NCBI GenBank assembly: GCA_016782825.1
Contig: JADHXT010000002.1
Location: 1 to 37,016, forward strand
Reading direction: 5' to 3'
Origin: Candidatus Brocadiia bacterium
GTDB lineage: Bacteria; Planctomycetota; PUPC01; DSUN01
DNA length: 37,016 nucleotides
A program made the position numbers and the translations under genes. Below are positions 18,130 through 26,412 of the stretch, piece after piece. The number at the start of each line of letters is the position of its first letter. Within the stretch, counting starts at the first letter, position 1. The notes below the pieces were generated by a model that had not been told where the DNA came from, did no database searches, and saw only the letters and a list, made by a program, of their open reading frames with translations.

Positions 18130-19470
18130 CTATCCTGCGGCTTGTCTTGCCTGCTGTTCGGCTCTGCGTTTCGCCAGCTCGGCTTTGCCGAACTTGACCC
18201 AATGAACGATGGGACGCTTGGCGGGGCACACGTAGGCGCAGCCCCCGCACTCGAAGCAGTCGAGGATCGTGGTGGCGGCGATGGCGTCCACGTCGCGCGC
18301 CTCACAGGCGATGCTGATTTCGTTGGGCAGCAGATTCATCGGGCAGGCGTCCACGCAGCGCCCGCAACTGATGCACGCGCGCCACGTGTGGGTCGGCGCG
18401 GCGCGGAGCGCGAGGACGCCCGAGGTGCCCTTGATGACCGGCACGTCGGTGCGGTGTTGGGCGAGGCCCATCATCGGGCCGCCCAGGACGATCTTGCGGA
18501 CGCCGTCGCGCGGCCGGGCGTCGTCGAGCACGTGGCGGATCGGCGTGCCCAGGCGCACCCGCAGATTGGCCGGGCGCTTCACGCCGTCGCCGGCCACGGT
18601 GAGCACGCGGTCCACCAGCGGGCGGTTGCTGCACGCGGCCTGGCGGATGGCCAGTGCGGTGGCCACGTTGTGCACCACCACGCCCACTTCGAGGGGCAGG
18701 CCGACGGCGGGCACGCGGCGGCCCGTGAGGGCCACGATGAGCTGCTTCTCGGCGCCCTGCGGATACTTCACCCTGCAAAGCTCCACGGCGATGCCGGTGC
18801 CCTCGGCGGCGCGCCGCAGCACGTCGGCTGCGTCGCGCTTGTTGGCCTCGATGCCGATGTACAGATGCTTCGCGTCCACGGTGCGGGCGATGAGCTGGAG
18901 CCCCTCGACGATCTCCTCGGCCTGCTCGAGCATGAGGCGGTAGTCGCAGGTGAGGTAGGGCTCGCACTCGGCGCCGTTGAGGATCACGGTGTCGATGGGC
19001 TTGTCGGGCGGCGGGCTGAGCTTCACGTGGGTGGGGAAGGCGGCGCCGCCCATGCCCACGATGCCCGCGGCCTGGATGCGGTCTTTGATGGCCGCGGCGT
19101 CGAGGCCCCCCGGGTCGGTCTCGTCCAGCAGCCCGTCCACCCAGGTGTCTTGGCCGTCGTTCTGGAGCACGACGGAGAGGACGGGCGAGCCGAAGGGGTG
19201 GGGCCGCGGCTCCACGGCCACCACTTCGCCGGAAACCGAGGCGTGCACTCGCGCGGACACGAAGCGCCGGGGGTTCTCCGGGTCGGGCGTCCCCACCACC
19301 TGGCCGAGGCACACCGCGTCGCCCTTCTTCACCGTGGGCACGCACGGCACGCCGATGTGCTGCACCATGGGCAGCACCACCTGGGCCGGCACGGGGAGGC
19401 AGCGGATGGCCTGGCCCTTGCTCCGCTCCTTGTGGTCGTGCGGGTGGAATCCTCCAGGGAAGGTCCTCAT
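18130..19470 (-). CDS. rnfC: Rnf complex subunit C
   Basis: MRTFPGGFHP..., GIVGMGGAAFPTHVK, NGAECEPYLT, and two ferredoxin motifs CISCGRCVDACP and CFECGGCAYVCP. ATG 19470. Confidence 0.85.
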   Translation of the reverse strand: MRTFPGGFHPHDHKERSKGQAIRCLPVPAQVVLPMVQHIGVPCVPTVKKGDAVCLGQVVGTPDPENPRRFVSARVHASVSGEVVAVEPRPHPFGSPVLSVVLQNDGQDTWVDGLLDETDPGGLDAAAIKDRIQAAGIVGMGGAAFPTHVKLSPPPDKPIDTVILNGAECEPYLTCDYRLMLEQAEEIVEGLQLIARTVDAKHLYIGIEANKRDAADVLRRAAEGTGIAVELCRVKYPQGAEKQLIVALTGRRVPAVGLPLEVGVVVHNVATALAIRQAACSNRPLVDRVLTVAGDGVKRPANLRVRLGTPIRHVLDDARPRDGVRKIVLGGPMMGLAQHRTDVPVIKGTSGVLALRAAPTHTWRACISCGRCVDACPMNLLPNEISIACEARDVDAIAATTILDCFECGGCAYVCPAKRPIVHWVKFGKAELAKRRAEQQARQAAG

Positions 19471-19501
19471 AGCGATCCCAACTTGGGTCCGGCGGGTGGT
19501 G

Positions 19502-20764
19502 TCATCCCAGCGCGTGCTTGATCTGGCGCACGGCCTGGCGGATGCGATCCTCGTTTTCCACGAGGGCGATGCGCAGGTAGCCCTCGCCGTTCTCGCCGAA
19601 GCCCCGGCCGGGGGCCACCGCCACTTCGGCCTCGCGCATGAGCTTGAGAGCAAACTCGATGGAGCCCATCTCGCACCACGGCTCGGGGATGGGCACCCAG
19701 GCGAACATGGAGGCCTTGGGCGGCTTCACGTCCCACCCAATGCGCTGGAGGCCGCGGCACAGGCAGTCGCGGCGGCGCTGGTAGACCTCGGCCTGCTCGC
19801 GGGCCAGGCCGCCGCAATGGCGGAAGGCGATGATGGCGGCGATCTGGAGGGCCTGGAAGATGCCGTAGTCGTAATAGCCCTTGATCTTGGCCAGCGCACG
19901 CACCATCTCGGGGTGGCCCGCGCAGAAGCCGATGCGCCAGCCGGCCATGTTGAACTGCTTGCTCATGGTGATGAACTCGCAGCCCACGTCCTTGGCGCCG
20001 GGCACCTGGAGGAAGCTCGGGGCCTGGTAGCCGTCGAAGGTCGTCTCGGCGTAGGCCAGGTCGCTGATCACCAGGATGCCGAACCGCTTGGCGATGCGCA
20101 CGATCTCCTCGTAGAAGCCCAGCTCCACGGTCATCGTCGTGGGGTTGTGCGGGAAGTTGAGGATGAGCACCTTGGGCCGTGGGTAGATGTGCTCGAGGGC
20201 GTAGACGATGTGGCCGACAAACTCGTCCTGGTCCTCGCTCAGCGGCACGCTGATCACGTTGGCGCCGGCGAGGGCCACGGCGTAGACGTGGATGGGGAAG
20301 GCGGGGCTGGGCACGAGAGCCGTGTCGCCGGAGCCCAGGAGGGCGAGGCACAGGTGGCTGAAGCCCTCCTTCGAGCCGATGGTGGCGATGATCTCGTCCT
20401 CGGGATCGAGGTCGACGTCCCACAGGCGCTGGTAGTAGCGTGCCGCCTCGCGGCGCAGGTTGAACAGGCCGGTGGAGACTGAGTAGCGGTGGTTGCGCGG
20501 CTCTTGCGCGGCCTCGCACAGCTTGTCCACCACGATTTGCGGCGTGGCGTCCCGGGGGTTGCCCATCCCCAGGTCGATGATGTCGGCGCCGCCCTGACGC
20601 AGCGCGTGCTTCATGGCGTTGAGCCGGCCGAAGAGATAGGGCGGGAGGCGGCGGAGCCGGTTCGAGACGTCGATCGTGTAGTCGTCGGTGGTGTCGATGC
20701 GCACCATGGCCGCTTGGTCGAGCAGTTCGGCGGCGCGGCGGCCTCGTGGGGCTTTCCGGGTCAT
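19502..20764 (-). CDS. alaC: class I PLP aminotransferase, AlaC-like
   Basis: LPPYLFGRLN, DLGMGNP, TIGSKEG, VPSPAFPIH and SKQFNMAGWRIGF closely follow the E. coli AlaC pattern as I recall it. The start could also be ATG 20707. Confidence 0.75.
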   Translation of the reverse strand: MTRKAPRGRRAAELLDQAAMVRIDTTDDYTIDVSNRLRRLPPYLFGRLNAMKHALRQGGADIIDLGMGNPRDATPQIVVDKLCEAAQEPRNHRYSVSTGLFNLRREAARYYQRLWDVDLDPEDEIIATIGSKEGFSHLCLALLGSGDTALVPSPAFPIHVYAVALAGANVISVPLSEDQDEFVGHIVYALEHIYPRPKVLILNFPHNPTTMTVELGFYEEIVRIAKRFGILVISDLAYAETTFDGYQAPSFLQVPGAKDVGCEFITMSKQFNMAGWRIGFCAGHPEMVRALAKIKGYYDYGIFQALQIAAIIAFRHCGGLAREQAEVYQRRRDCLCRGLQRIGWDVKPPKASMFAWVPIPEPWCEMGSIEFALKLMREAEVAVAPGRGFGENGEGYLRIALVENEDRIRQAVRQIKHALG

Positions 20765-20817
20765 GGGCCTATCTGCTACAGGGGACGGGAGGCACGCAGT
20801 CTTCTGTATCGCTGCGG

Positions 20818-20846
20818 ATTATAGCAGAGGCGCCATGACCGGTCAA
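20818..20846 (-). promoter_or_regulatory. near-consensus sigma70 promoter upstream of alaC
   Basis: Minus strand: TTGACC (20846-20841), 17-nt spacer, TATAAT (20823-20818). Confidence 0.5.
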
Positions 20847-20870
20847 CCCCCTTGGTTGGCTCGTGCATGA

Positions 20871-20902
20871 GAGAGGCCGCCCCGGCGGTGGGACGGCCTC
20901 TC
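20871..20902 (-). terminator. hairpin downstream of the PEP-CTERM gene
   Basis: GAGAGGCCG (20871-20879) pairs with CGGCCTCTC (20894-20902) around a 14-nt loop. It lies 30 nt past the stop. No U-run follows. Confidence 0.35.
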
Positions 20903-20931
20903 GTCGTCTGTGGCGAAAACTCGATGAGGGC

Positions 20932-22410
20932 TCAGGCCTTGCGGCGGCGACGGTACCGCCGCGCGAGGGCCAGGCCGCCCATGCCGAGGAGCATGGCCGT
21001 GCCGGGCTCGGGCGTGTAGGTGATGGTGAGGGCGAAGTTGTCGATGTACACGAAGCTCTCCGTGCCGTTCCAGTAGTCGGTTTCATACACCGCCAGCACG
21101 AGGTCTTCGCCGATGTGCTGGTTGAGCGCGCCCACCAGGTCGTCCACCTGCAAGTCGGTGAGTGTCATGCCCACCCACGAGAAGAGGTCGCCCTGGTAGC
21201 CGCCCTGGAGCAACTGGGTGACCCACAGCGCGCCGATGTTGGCGGCCGAAGTGGGGTTGTCGTTGGCGTCGAGGAGCGATTGGCCGGGCTGCCGGGCCTC
21301 CCAGGCGGTGGCGTCGAAGAGCGCCAGGCCGATCATGGGCGCACGGGTGCTGTTAGGCGAGTTGCGCTGGAGGTCGAAGGAGAGTGCCACGTCGGTCACC
21401 AGGTCGCCGGCCGACGGGGCGAGACGCTGCCCGAGGAAGGCAAGGGCGCGGTTGGACGTGGAGGTGGTCTGCACAGCCACGAAGCTGCCCGGATGCCCAC
21501 CTGTGGTGTGGCCGAGGAAGGTGGTGTTGGACGTGATGGAGAAGGCGAGGTTCACGGGGTCGCCCGTGTTCATCTGCATGCGCGCCACTTCCCACGGGCC
21601 GTCGCTGGTGCCGTCGCCGGCGAAGGCGGTGGTGGCGTCGAAGCCGGTGTCGGCAAACTGCACGATGCCGTCGCCGGGCTCCGCGATCTTGAGGCGCAGG
21701 AAGGGCGATCCGTAGGTGGGGTGTTCCTTGGACGCGAAGCCGAGGTTGTGGCTGCCGGTGTTGCCGTTCACATTGTTGCGGGTGAGGGCCACGGTCACGA
21801 GGCCGTCGGTGTCGCTCGTGACGAACTGGGTGAAGGTGGGGGTGCCAAAGGCGATGACAGCGCCGGCCGCGCCATCGGGGCCGCCCCAGCCGTTGACGCC
21901 GCTGGGCACGGTGAGGTCGCCGAATTCGGTCATGGGCGGGCTGGCCATGCTGCTGCCGCTGCTGTTGTTGCCGGGCGCGTTGTTCCAGTCGATTTCGCCG
22001 GCCGGGCTGTCGCCGGTGCCGCCGTTGCCTTCGACCCAGGCTTCGCCGGCGTGGCCGTCGGCGAGGCCCCACACGTCCACGGTCCAGCCGCCGGGCGCGT
22101 TGTTGTTGCTCACGGTCTGCACGAGGGCCACGTCGTACACCTGGCTCAGGTCGATGCCGGTGAGGTCGAAGCGCAGGTAGCCCTTACGGGTGTAGCTGTT
22201 GTTCGTCCCGGAATCCTTGATGTACACGTTGGCTTCCTGCCCGTGGTTCAGGTCGGCATTCGAGCCACCGCGGATGTAGGAGTCGGCACCGGCTCCATCG
22301 CCGGTGTGCACGGTGATCACAGTGGCGTCTGCGGGGGTTGCCAGCAGCACCAGCGCCACGGCTCCACATACCAGCGCGAACACACTTCTGGCCATCGTTT
22401 GCGTTCTCAT
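20932..22410 (-). CDS. PEP-CTERM-anchored secreted protein with N-terminal DNRLRE/CBM96-like domain
   Basis: Signal peptide, then ADSYIRGGSNADLNHG...YLRFDL near the N-terminus. The C-terminus TPEPGTAMLLGMGGLALARRYRRRRKA is PEP + TM + Arg-rich. ATG 22410 follows GAGAGGAG. Confidence 0.8.
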   Translation of the reverse strand: MRTQTMARSVFALVCGAVALVLLATPADATVITVHTGDGAGADSYIRGGSNADLNHGQEANVYIKDSGTNNSYTRKGYLRFDLTGIDLSQVYDVALVQTVSNNNAPGGWTVDVWGLADGHAGEAWVEGNGGTGDSPAGEIDWNNAPGNNSSGSSMASPPMTEFGDLTVPSGVNGWGGPDGAAGAVIAFGTPTFTQFVTSDTDGLVTVALTRNNVNGNTGSHNLGFASKEHPTYGSPFLRLKIAEPGDGIVQFADTGFDATTAFAGDGTSDGPWEVARMQMNTGDPVNLAFSITSNTTFLGHTTGGHPGSFVAVQTTSTSNRALAFLGQRLAPSAGDLVTDVALSFDLQRNSPNSTRAPMIGLALFDATAWEARQPGQSLLDANDNPTSAANIGALWVTQLLQGGYQGDLFSWVGMTLTDLQVDDLVGALNQHIGEDLVLAVYETDYWNGTESFVYIDNFALTITYTPEPGTAMLLGMGGLALARRYRRRRKA

Positions 22411-22635
22411 CTCGTCGGTCTCCTCTCGGTCATCGAACCCTTCGCGGGTCCACGGTGTGGCCTTGGGACGCCTTCGGGCGCTCCCTGGTTTCGGGAGAAG
22501 CTTCTTTCCTCCTCTTCTCTGTGGTCTTGTGGTTGGGTCGGAAACAGTGTTGGCTGCTCTGATCGGGGCCTCCAGGCTTGCGCTCTTAGGACGCGCACAA
22601 CAACACGCAACCCGAGCGGAGTTCTCCGCGGGGCG

Positions 22636-22665
22636 ATCATACAGTATACATAACTGGCCAGTGAA
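22636..22665 (-). promoter_or_regulatory. candidate promoter giving a long leader to the PEP-CTERM gene
   Basis: Minus strand: TTCACT (22665-22660), 18-nt spacer, TATGAT (22641-22636), within an unusually AT-rich patch. Confidence 0.3.
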
Positions 22666-22668
22666 GGG

Positions 22669-23997
22669 CTAGCCCAATTTCCACGGCGCGCGGTAGACGG
22701 GCACGCAGGCGCGGGCCGCCTCGGCGTCGCCCACCACGGCCTCGGTCTTGGGGTCGAACTGGATGGAGCGGCCCAGCTTGAGCGCGGCATTGGCCAGGCA
22801 GAGCGGCACGTTCACCTTGTGGTGGTAGGCCACGTTGCAGCTCGTGGGCTGGCGGCTCTTTATGCTGTCGAGCAGCTCGCGGTGGTGCCCCACCGACGGC
22901 GGCAGCTTGGGCTCGGCCGGCACTTCGAGCTTGGCGGCCACCCCAGCCTCCGGCACGATCTTGTGCATGCCGTAGTCGCAGTAGAGCGTGGCGTTCTCGC
23001 CGTGGAAATATATTCCGAGGCGGCGGGTCTTGCCCCCCTTGCCCTGGAAGTCCCAGCCGTAGCTGTTCGCCGTGTTCATCATCCACGTCATGGTGAGGCC
23101 GGGGTATTGGAAGAGGGCTTCCTGCACGTCGGGGCTGTCGCCGTCGTCGTCGGTCACGTAGCGGCCGCCCGAGCAGCTCGCCTGGGTGGGCAGGCCGAGC
23201 CCGAGCGCCCACACCGGCAGGTCCACGATGTGGGGGGCCATGCCCGGCATCCAGCCGCCGCTGAAGCCCATGAACGAGCAGTGGTGGAAGGCGCCGCGGA
23301 GCATGTTCGGGCGGAACGGCACCATCTGGGCGGGGCCGACGAACATCTCCCAGTCCAGCCCCTTCGGCGGCGGGCTTTCGGGCGACTTGCCGATGCCTTT
23401 GGTGCCGGTGTTCATGTTCCAGAAGGTGCGCACGGTGCTGATCTTGCCCAGCACGCCGGAGCGCACGATCTCCACCACGCGGCGGTAGTTGGGCGTGGCG
23501 TGGATCTGGGTGCCCACCTGGGTGATGCGCTTGCCGGCCGCGGCGGCCTTGACGATGGCCTTGCTCTCCTCCACGTACATCGTCATGGGCTTTTCGATGT
23601 ACATGTCGCGGCCGCTCTGGAGCACGGCCAGGCCGATGAGCGCGTGCCAGTGCGGCGGGGGCGCCACCACCACGGCATCGATGTCCTTGCGTTCGAGCAG
23701 CTTGCGGTAGTCGCCGTAGGCCTGCACCTTCTGGCCCTTGCGCGCGCAGCGGGCCATGGCCGCCTTGATCTTCGGCTCGTGTACGTCGCAGATGGCCACA
23801 AACCGCGTGTCCTTCTGGCCGAGGAACGCGCCCTGGAGGCCGCCGCCCATGGGGCCGATGCCGATGGAGGCCATGGCGATGGTATCGCTGGGCGGCGCCT
23901 TGCCCTCGGCGCCGAGCACCTTGGCCGCGAGGCCGATGCCCACGGCCGCATTCACCGCGCCGCCGAGAAATCGCCGCCGGGTCGAATGAGACTTCAT
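22669..23997 (-). CDS. TAT-signal Gfo/Idh/MocA-family oxidoreductase (GH109-like architecture)
   Basis: MKSHSTRRRFLGGAV is a twin-arginine signal. Rossmann segment MASIGIGPMGGG, followed by the Gfo/Idh/MocA C-terminal domain. ATG 23997 follows AGGAG. Confidence 0.85.
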   Translation of the reverse strand: MKSHSTRRRFLGGAVNAAVGIGLAAKVLGAEGKAPPSDTIAMASIGIGPMGGGLQGAFLGQKDTRFVAICDVHEPKIKAAMARCARKGQKVQAYGDYRKLLERKDIDAVVVAPPPHWHALIGLAVLQSGRDMYIEKPMTMYVEESKAIVKAAAAGKRITQVGTQIHATPNYRRVVEIVRSGVLGKISTVRTFWNMNTGTKGIGKSPESPPPKGLDWEMFVGPAQMVPFRPNMLRGAFHHCSFMGFSGGWMPGMAPHIVDLPVWALGLGLPTQASCSGGRYVTDDDGDSPDVQEALFQYPGLTMTWMMNTANSYGWDFQGKGGKTRRLGIYFHGENATLYCDYGMHKIVPEAGVAAKLEVPAEPKLPPSVGHHRELLDSIKSRQPTSCNVAYHHKVNVPLCLANAALKLGRSIQFDPKTEAVVGDAEAARACVPVYRAPWKLG

Positions 23998-24047
23998 GCT
24001 GCTGCTCCTGCTGTCAGAGGACGCGAGGCACCCACCGTGCGCTGCCC

Positions 24048-24076
24048 AGTGTGGCGCATTCGCGCCCAGAGGTCAA
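24048..24076 (-). promoter_or_regulatory. candidate promoter of the oxidoreductase gene
   Basis: Minus strand: TTGACC (24076-24071), 17-nt spacer, CACACT (24053-24048). Confidence 0.3.
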
Positions 24077-24133
24077 GGCCAGCCCGAGCTGAGGCGCCGC
24101 CGAGTTCCTGGCCCCGTCTTGCCCAACAAGGTC

Positions 24134-24162
24134 TTGACTTCCCCGCGCCGCGGTGATACGCT
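24134..24162 (+). promoter_or_regulatory. sigma70-like extended -10 promoter of the small two-ORF unit
   Basis: TTGACT (24134-24139), 17-nt spacer ending in TGa, TACGCT (24157-24162). Confidence 0.45.
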
Positions 24163-24214
24163 GCGTTCTGGACACAGCAAGCCACGCCTTGCAAGGGGGG
24201 CAGGAGGAGCTACG

Positions 24215-24355
24215 GTGGGTGTTTCCCGGATTACGGGCGCGTCCTGTGCGACGATGCCGAGTAGATGTCTGGATCATCCCGCTCCGCCACCCGCTTCCGG
24301 CCTGACAGGCTTGCTCATAGATGTCTCTCGACTGTTCCGAAGGAGGATCGAGTGA
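24215..24355 (+). CDS. candidate 46-codon small ORF / leader peptide
   Basis: AGGAGGAG (24202-24209) lies 5 nt before GTG 24215. The stop TGA 24353-24355 overlaps the next ATG (TGATG). Peptide: MGVSRITGASCATMPSRCLDHPAPPPASGLTGLLIDVSRLFRRRIE. No homology recognised. Confidence 0.25.
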   Translation: MGVSRITGASCATMPSRCLDHPAPPPASGLTGLLIDVSRLFRRRIE

Positions 24356-24594
24356 TGGGACGCCCCCCGGATAAAGCAGCGCTTTACAGAACGGCGGCAG
24401 TGCTCTCGTGCATAGGGGCAGGGGGCTTCGTCGCTGTCGCGGCCCTTGGGCGGTGCCCGGCCCTTGCAGTCGGCGTGGCAGCGCTCAACCTGTCAATAGC
24501 CGCGCTGATGTTCGTCCTGTCCCGGCGGTGCGCGAGGAGACTCCGGAGGGACAGCGCCAGAGCTCGACCAAGTAATCGGGGGACACCTTACTGA
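24355..24594 (+). CDS. small membrane protein (79 aa, two hydrophobic spans, Arg-rich tail)
   Basis: AGGAGGA (24341-24347) lies 7 nt before ATG 24355. Many A/T-ending codons are used, unlike neighbouring genes. Confidence 0.45.
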   Translation: MGRPPDKAALYRTAAVLSCIGAGGFVAVAALGRCPALAVGVAALNLSIAALMFVLSRRCARRLRRDSARARPSNRGTPY

Positions 24595-24707
24595 ACTATT
24601 GACTCAAGGCCGCGACGGTGGACCCGGAGGACGGGGCCACTTGCTTCAAGTATGACCAGCGGGGTGTGGTCCGGTGACGTGAGTTTCCTACGTCGGCCTG
24701 CTCTTGG

Positions 24708-24735
24708 GATACGCACCGTGCCCGCCGTGCGTATC
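24708..24735 (+). terminator. hairpin ending the small transcription unit
   Basis: GATACGCAC (24708-24716) pairs with GTGCGTATC (24727-24735) around a 10-nt loop, followed by the pyrimidine/T-rich stretch TCCCTGCCTCTTATT. Confidence 0.4.
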
Positions 24736-24794
24736 TCCCTGCCTCTTATTCACTTCCGGCCACCGCAGTCGCCGCGAGCCGCACGGGTTCACGC

Positions 24795-24822
24795 TTGCGC
24801 CGCGGCCCGCACAGGCTATACT
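24795..24822 (+). promoter_or_regulatory. sigma70-like promoter of the sulfatase gene
   Basis: TTGCGC (24795-24800), 16-nt spacer, TATACT (24817-24822). Confidence 0.35.
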
Positions 24823-24850
24823 TGAGGCAACACACTCCCGGAGGACGGCC

Positions 24851-26251
24851 ATGGCCAATTGTTCTGCATCGCGGCGGCGATTCCTCACGACCCTCGGCTG
24901 GGGCGCGGGGGCGCTGGCGCTTCGTGGCCTGGCACGCACGACGGAGGCCGCCGACAAGAAGCCCAACTTCGTGATCATCCTGGCCGACGACATGGGCTAC
25001 GGCGACTCGAGCGTGTACGACGGCTGGATCAACACGCCCCACATGGAACGCCTCGCCGCCGAGGGGCTGAAGTTCACCGACTTCCATTCCAGCGGCGTGG
25101 TGTGCAGCCCCACCCGCGCCGGCCTCATGACGGGCCGCTACCAGCAGCGGGCCGGCGTGCCCGGCGTGATCAATGCCGACCCCAAGGTGGCCGCTCACCA
25201 CACCGGCCTCCAGACCACCGAGGTGGTGTTCCCCAAGCTGCTCAAGCAGGCCGGCTACACGTGCGGCATCTTCGGCAAGTGGCACCTCGGCTACGAGAAG
25301 AAGTACAACCCCCTCTACCACGGCTTCGACGTTTTCCGCGGCTTCGTGAGCGGCAACATCGATTACGCCTCGCACTACGATCGCATGGGCATGTACGACT
25401 GGTGGGATGGCCTCGAGCACGCCAAGGAGGACGGCTACTCCACACACCTCATCACCCGCCACGCCGTGGAGTTCATCGAGCGAAACCAGCGGCGCCCGTT
25501 CTGTTGCTACGTGCCCCACGAGGCCGTGCACACCCCGCTCCAGGGGCCGAAGGACCCGCCCGTGCGCGGGCCGAACAAGGCGAAGGGCCGCAAGGTGGAC
25601 GCCAAGCGCGCCTACCGCGAGATGATGGGGGCCATGGACGACAGCATCGGCGCCATCGTGGCCGCTCTGCGGCGCCTCGGCCTGGCCGACAACACGCTGG
25701 TGGTCTTCTTCTCCGACAACGGCGGCACCCGCTACGGCTCGAACGCCCCGCTCCGCGGCGGCAAGGGCACCGTGTGGGAGGGCGGCCACCGCGAGCCCGC
25801 CATCGGCTGGTGGCCCGGCCGCATCAAGCCCGGCACCGTCACCGACCAGCTCTGCATCAGCCTCGACGTGATGCCCACGCTCCTCGAGCTGGCCGGCGTG
25901 CCCGTGCCCGCGGGCCACACGCTCGACGGTGTGAGCCTGGCCCCGCTGCTGCTGGAGGGCAAGCCGCTCGGCAAGCGTCAGCTCTTCTGGAACGGCCGCG
26001 CCATGCGCGACGGGCAGTGGAAGCTCGTGCTCGGCGGCAGAGGTGGGGACGGCGTCGGCCTCTACGACCTGTCGAAGGACATCGGCGAGAAGACCAACCT
26101 CGCCGCCCAGCACCCCGAGCGGGTGGTGGCCATGCGCGCCGCCGTCGCGGCCTGGGACAAGGACGTGGCCGCCGGCGCCACCCGCCAGCCGCCGCCTCCG
26201 CCGGGCGCCGTGGAGCGCCCCAAGCGGCGCCAGGCGAAGAAGGCGCGGTAG
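24851..26251 (+). CDS. formylglycine-dependent sulfatase (arylsulfatase family) with TAT-type signal
   Basis: SRRRFLTTLGWGAGALAL; NFVIILADDMGYGD; CSPTRAGLMTGRY (C-x-P-x-R); GKWHLG; DNGG; KGTVWEGGHREP. ATG 24851 follows GGAGGA. Confidence 0.9.
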   Translation: MANCSASRRRFLTTLGWGAGALALRGLARTTEAADKKPNFVIILADDMGYGDSSVYDGWINTPHMERLAAEGLKFTDFHSSGVVCSPTRAGLMTGRYQQRAGVPGVINADPKVAAHHTGLQTTEVVFPKLLKQAGYTCGIFGKWHLGYEKKYNPLYHGFDVFRGFVSGNIDYASHYDRMGMYDWWDGLEHAKEDGYSTHLITRHAVEFIERNQRRPFCCYVPHEAVHTPLQGPKDPPVRGPNKAKGRKVDAKRAYREMMGAMDDSIGAIVAALRRLGLADNTLVVFFSDNGGTRYGSNAPLRGGKGTVWEGGHREPAIGWWPGRIKPGTVTDQLCISLDVMPTLLELAGVPVPAGHTLDGVSLAPLLLEGKPLGKRQLFWNGRAMRDGQWKLVLGGRGGDGVGLYDLSKDIGEKTNLAAQHPERVVAMRAAVAAWDKDVAAGATRQPPPPPGAVERPKRRQAKKAR

Positions 26252-26284
26252 CCGGTGAACCCAAGTCTCAAAGGGCGATGATGC

Positions 26285-26319
26285 GGGGGGAACCTTCTTT
26301 GAGGAAGAAGGTTCCCCCC
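26285..26319 (+). terminator. perfect 15-bp-stem hairpin after the sulfatase gene
   Basis: GGGGGGAACCTTCTT (26285-26299), loop TGAGG, AAGAAGGTTCCCCCC (26305-26319). It lies 33 nt past the stop. No U-run follows. Confidence 0.5.
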
Positions 26320-26357
26320 ACGCCCCCTTCCAAGAACCCTTACATTGGCTCCCTCGC

Positions 26358-26386
26358 TTGACGTGGGTTGCCGCGGCGCCTATACT
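26358..26386 (+). promoter_or_regulatory. sigma70-like promoter of the hom operon
   Basis: TTGACG (26358-26363), 17-nt spacer, TATACT (26381-26386). Confidence 0.45.
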
Positions 26387-26412
26387 CGCCGCATTGCACA
26401 GGAGCAGCGGCC

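Noticed and set aside
22560-22600. Possible c-di-GMP (GEMM-I-like) riboswitch fragment in the PEP-CTERM leader (minus-strand CGCAAGCCUGGAGGCC resembles ACGCAAAGCC..CCGGCC)
   Set aside because: Only this short stretch is similar. I could not find the first-hairpin GGCAAACC/GNRA element or the paired stems required by the motif.
24265-24354. Longer 109-aa version of the small membrane ORF starting at ATG 24265
   Set aside because: There is no ribosome-binding site before 24265. A near-perfect AGGAGGA precedes ATG 24355, and a different frame with its own strong SD terminates exactly on that ATG.
24623-24848. 12-nt direct repeat CCCGGAGGACGG at 24623-24634 and 24837-24848
   Set aside because: The second copy is simply the sulfatase ribosome-binding region. 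A single 12-mer recurrence in 37 kb of strongly biased sequence is expected by chance.
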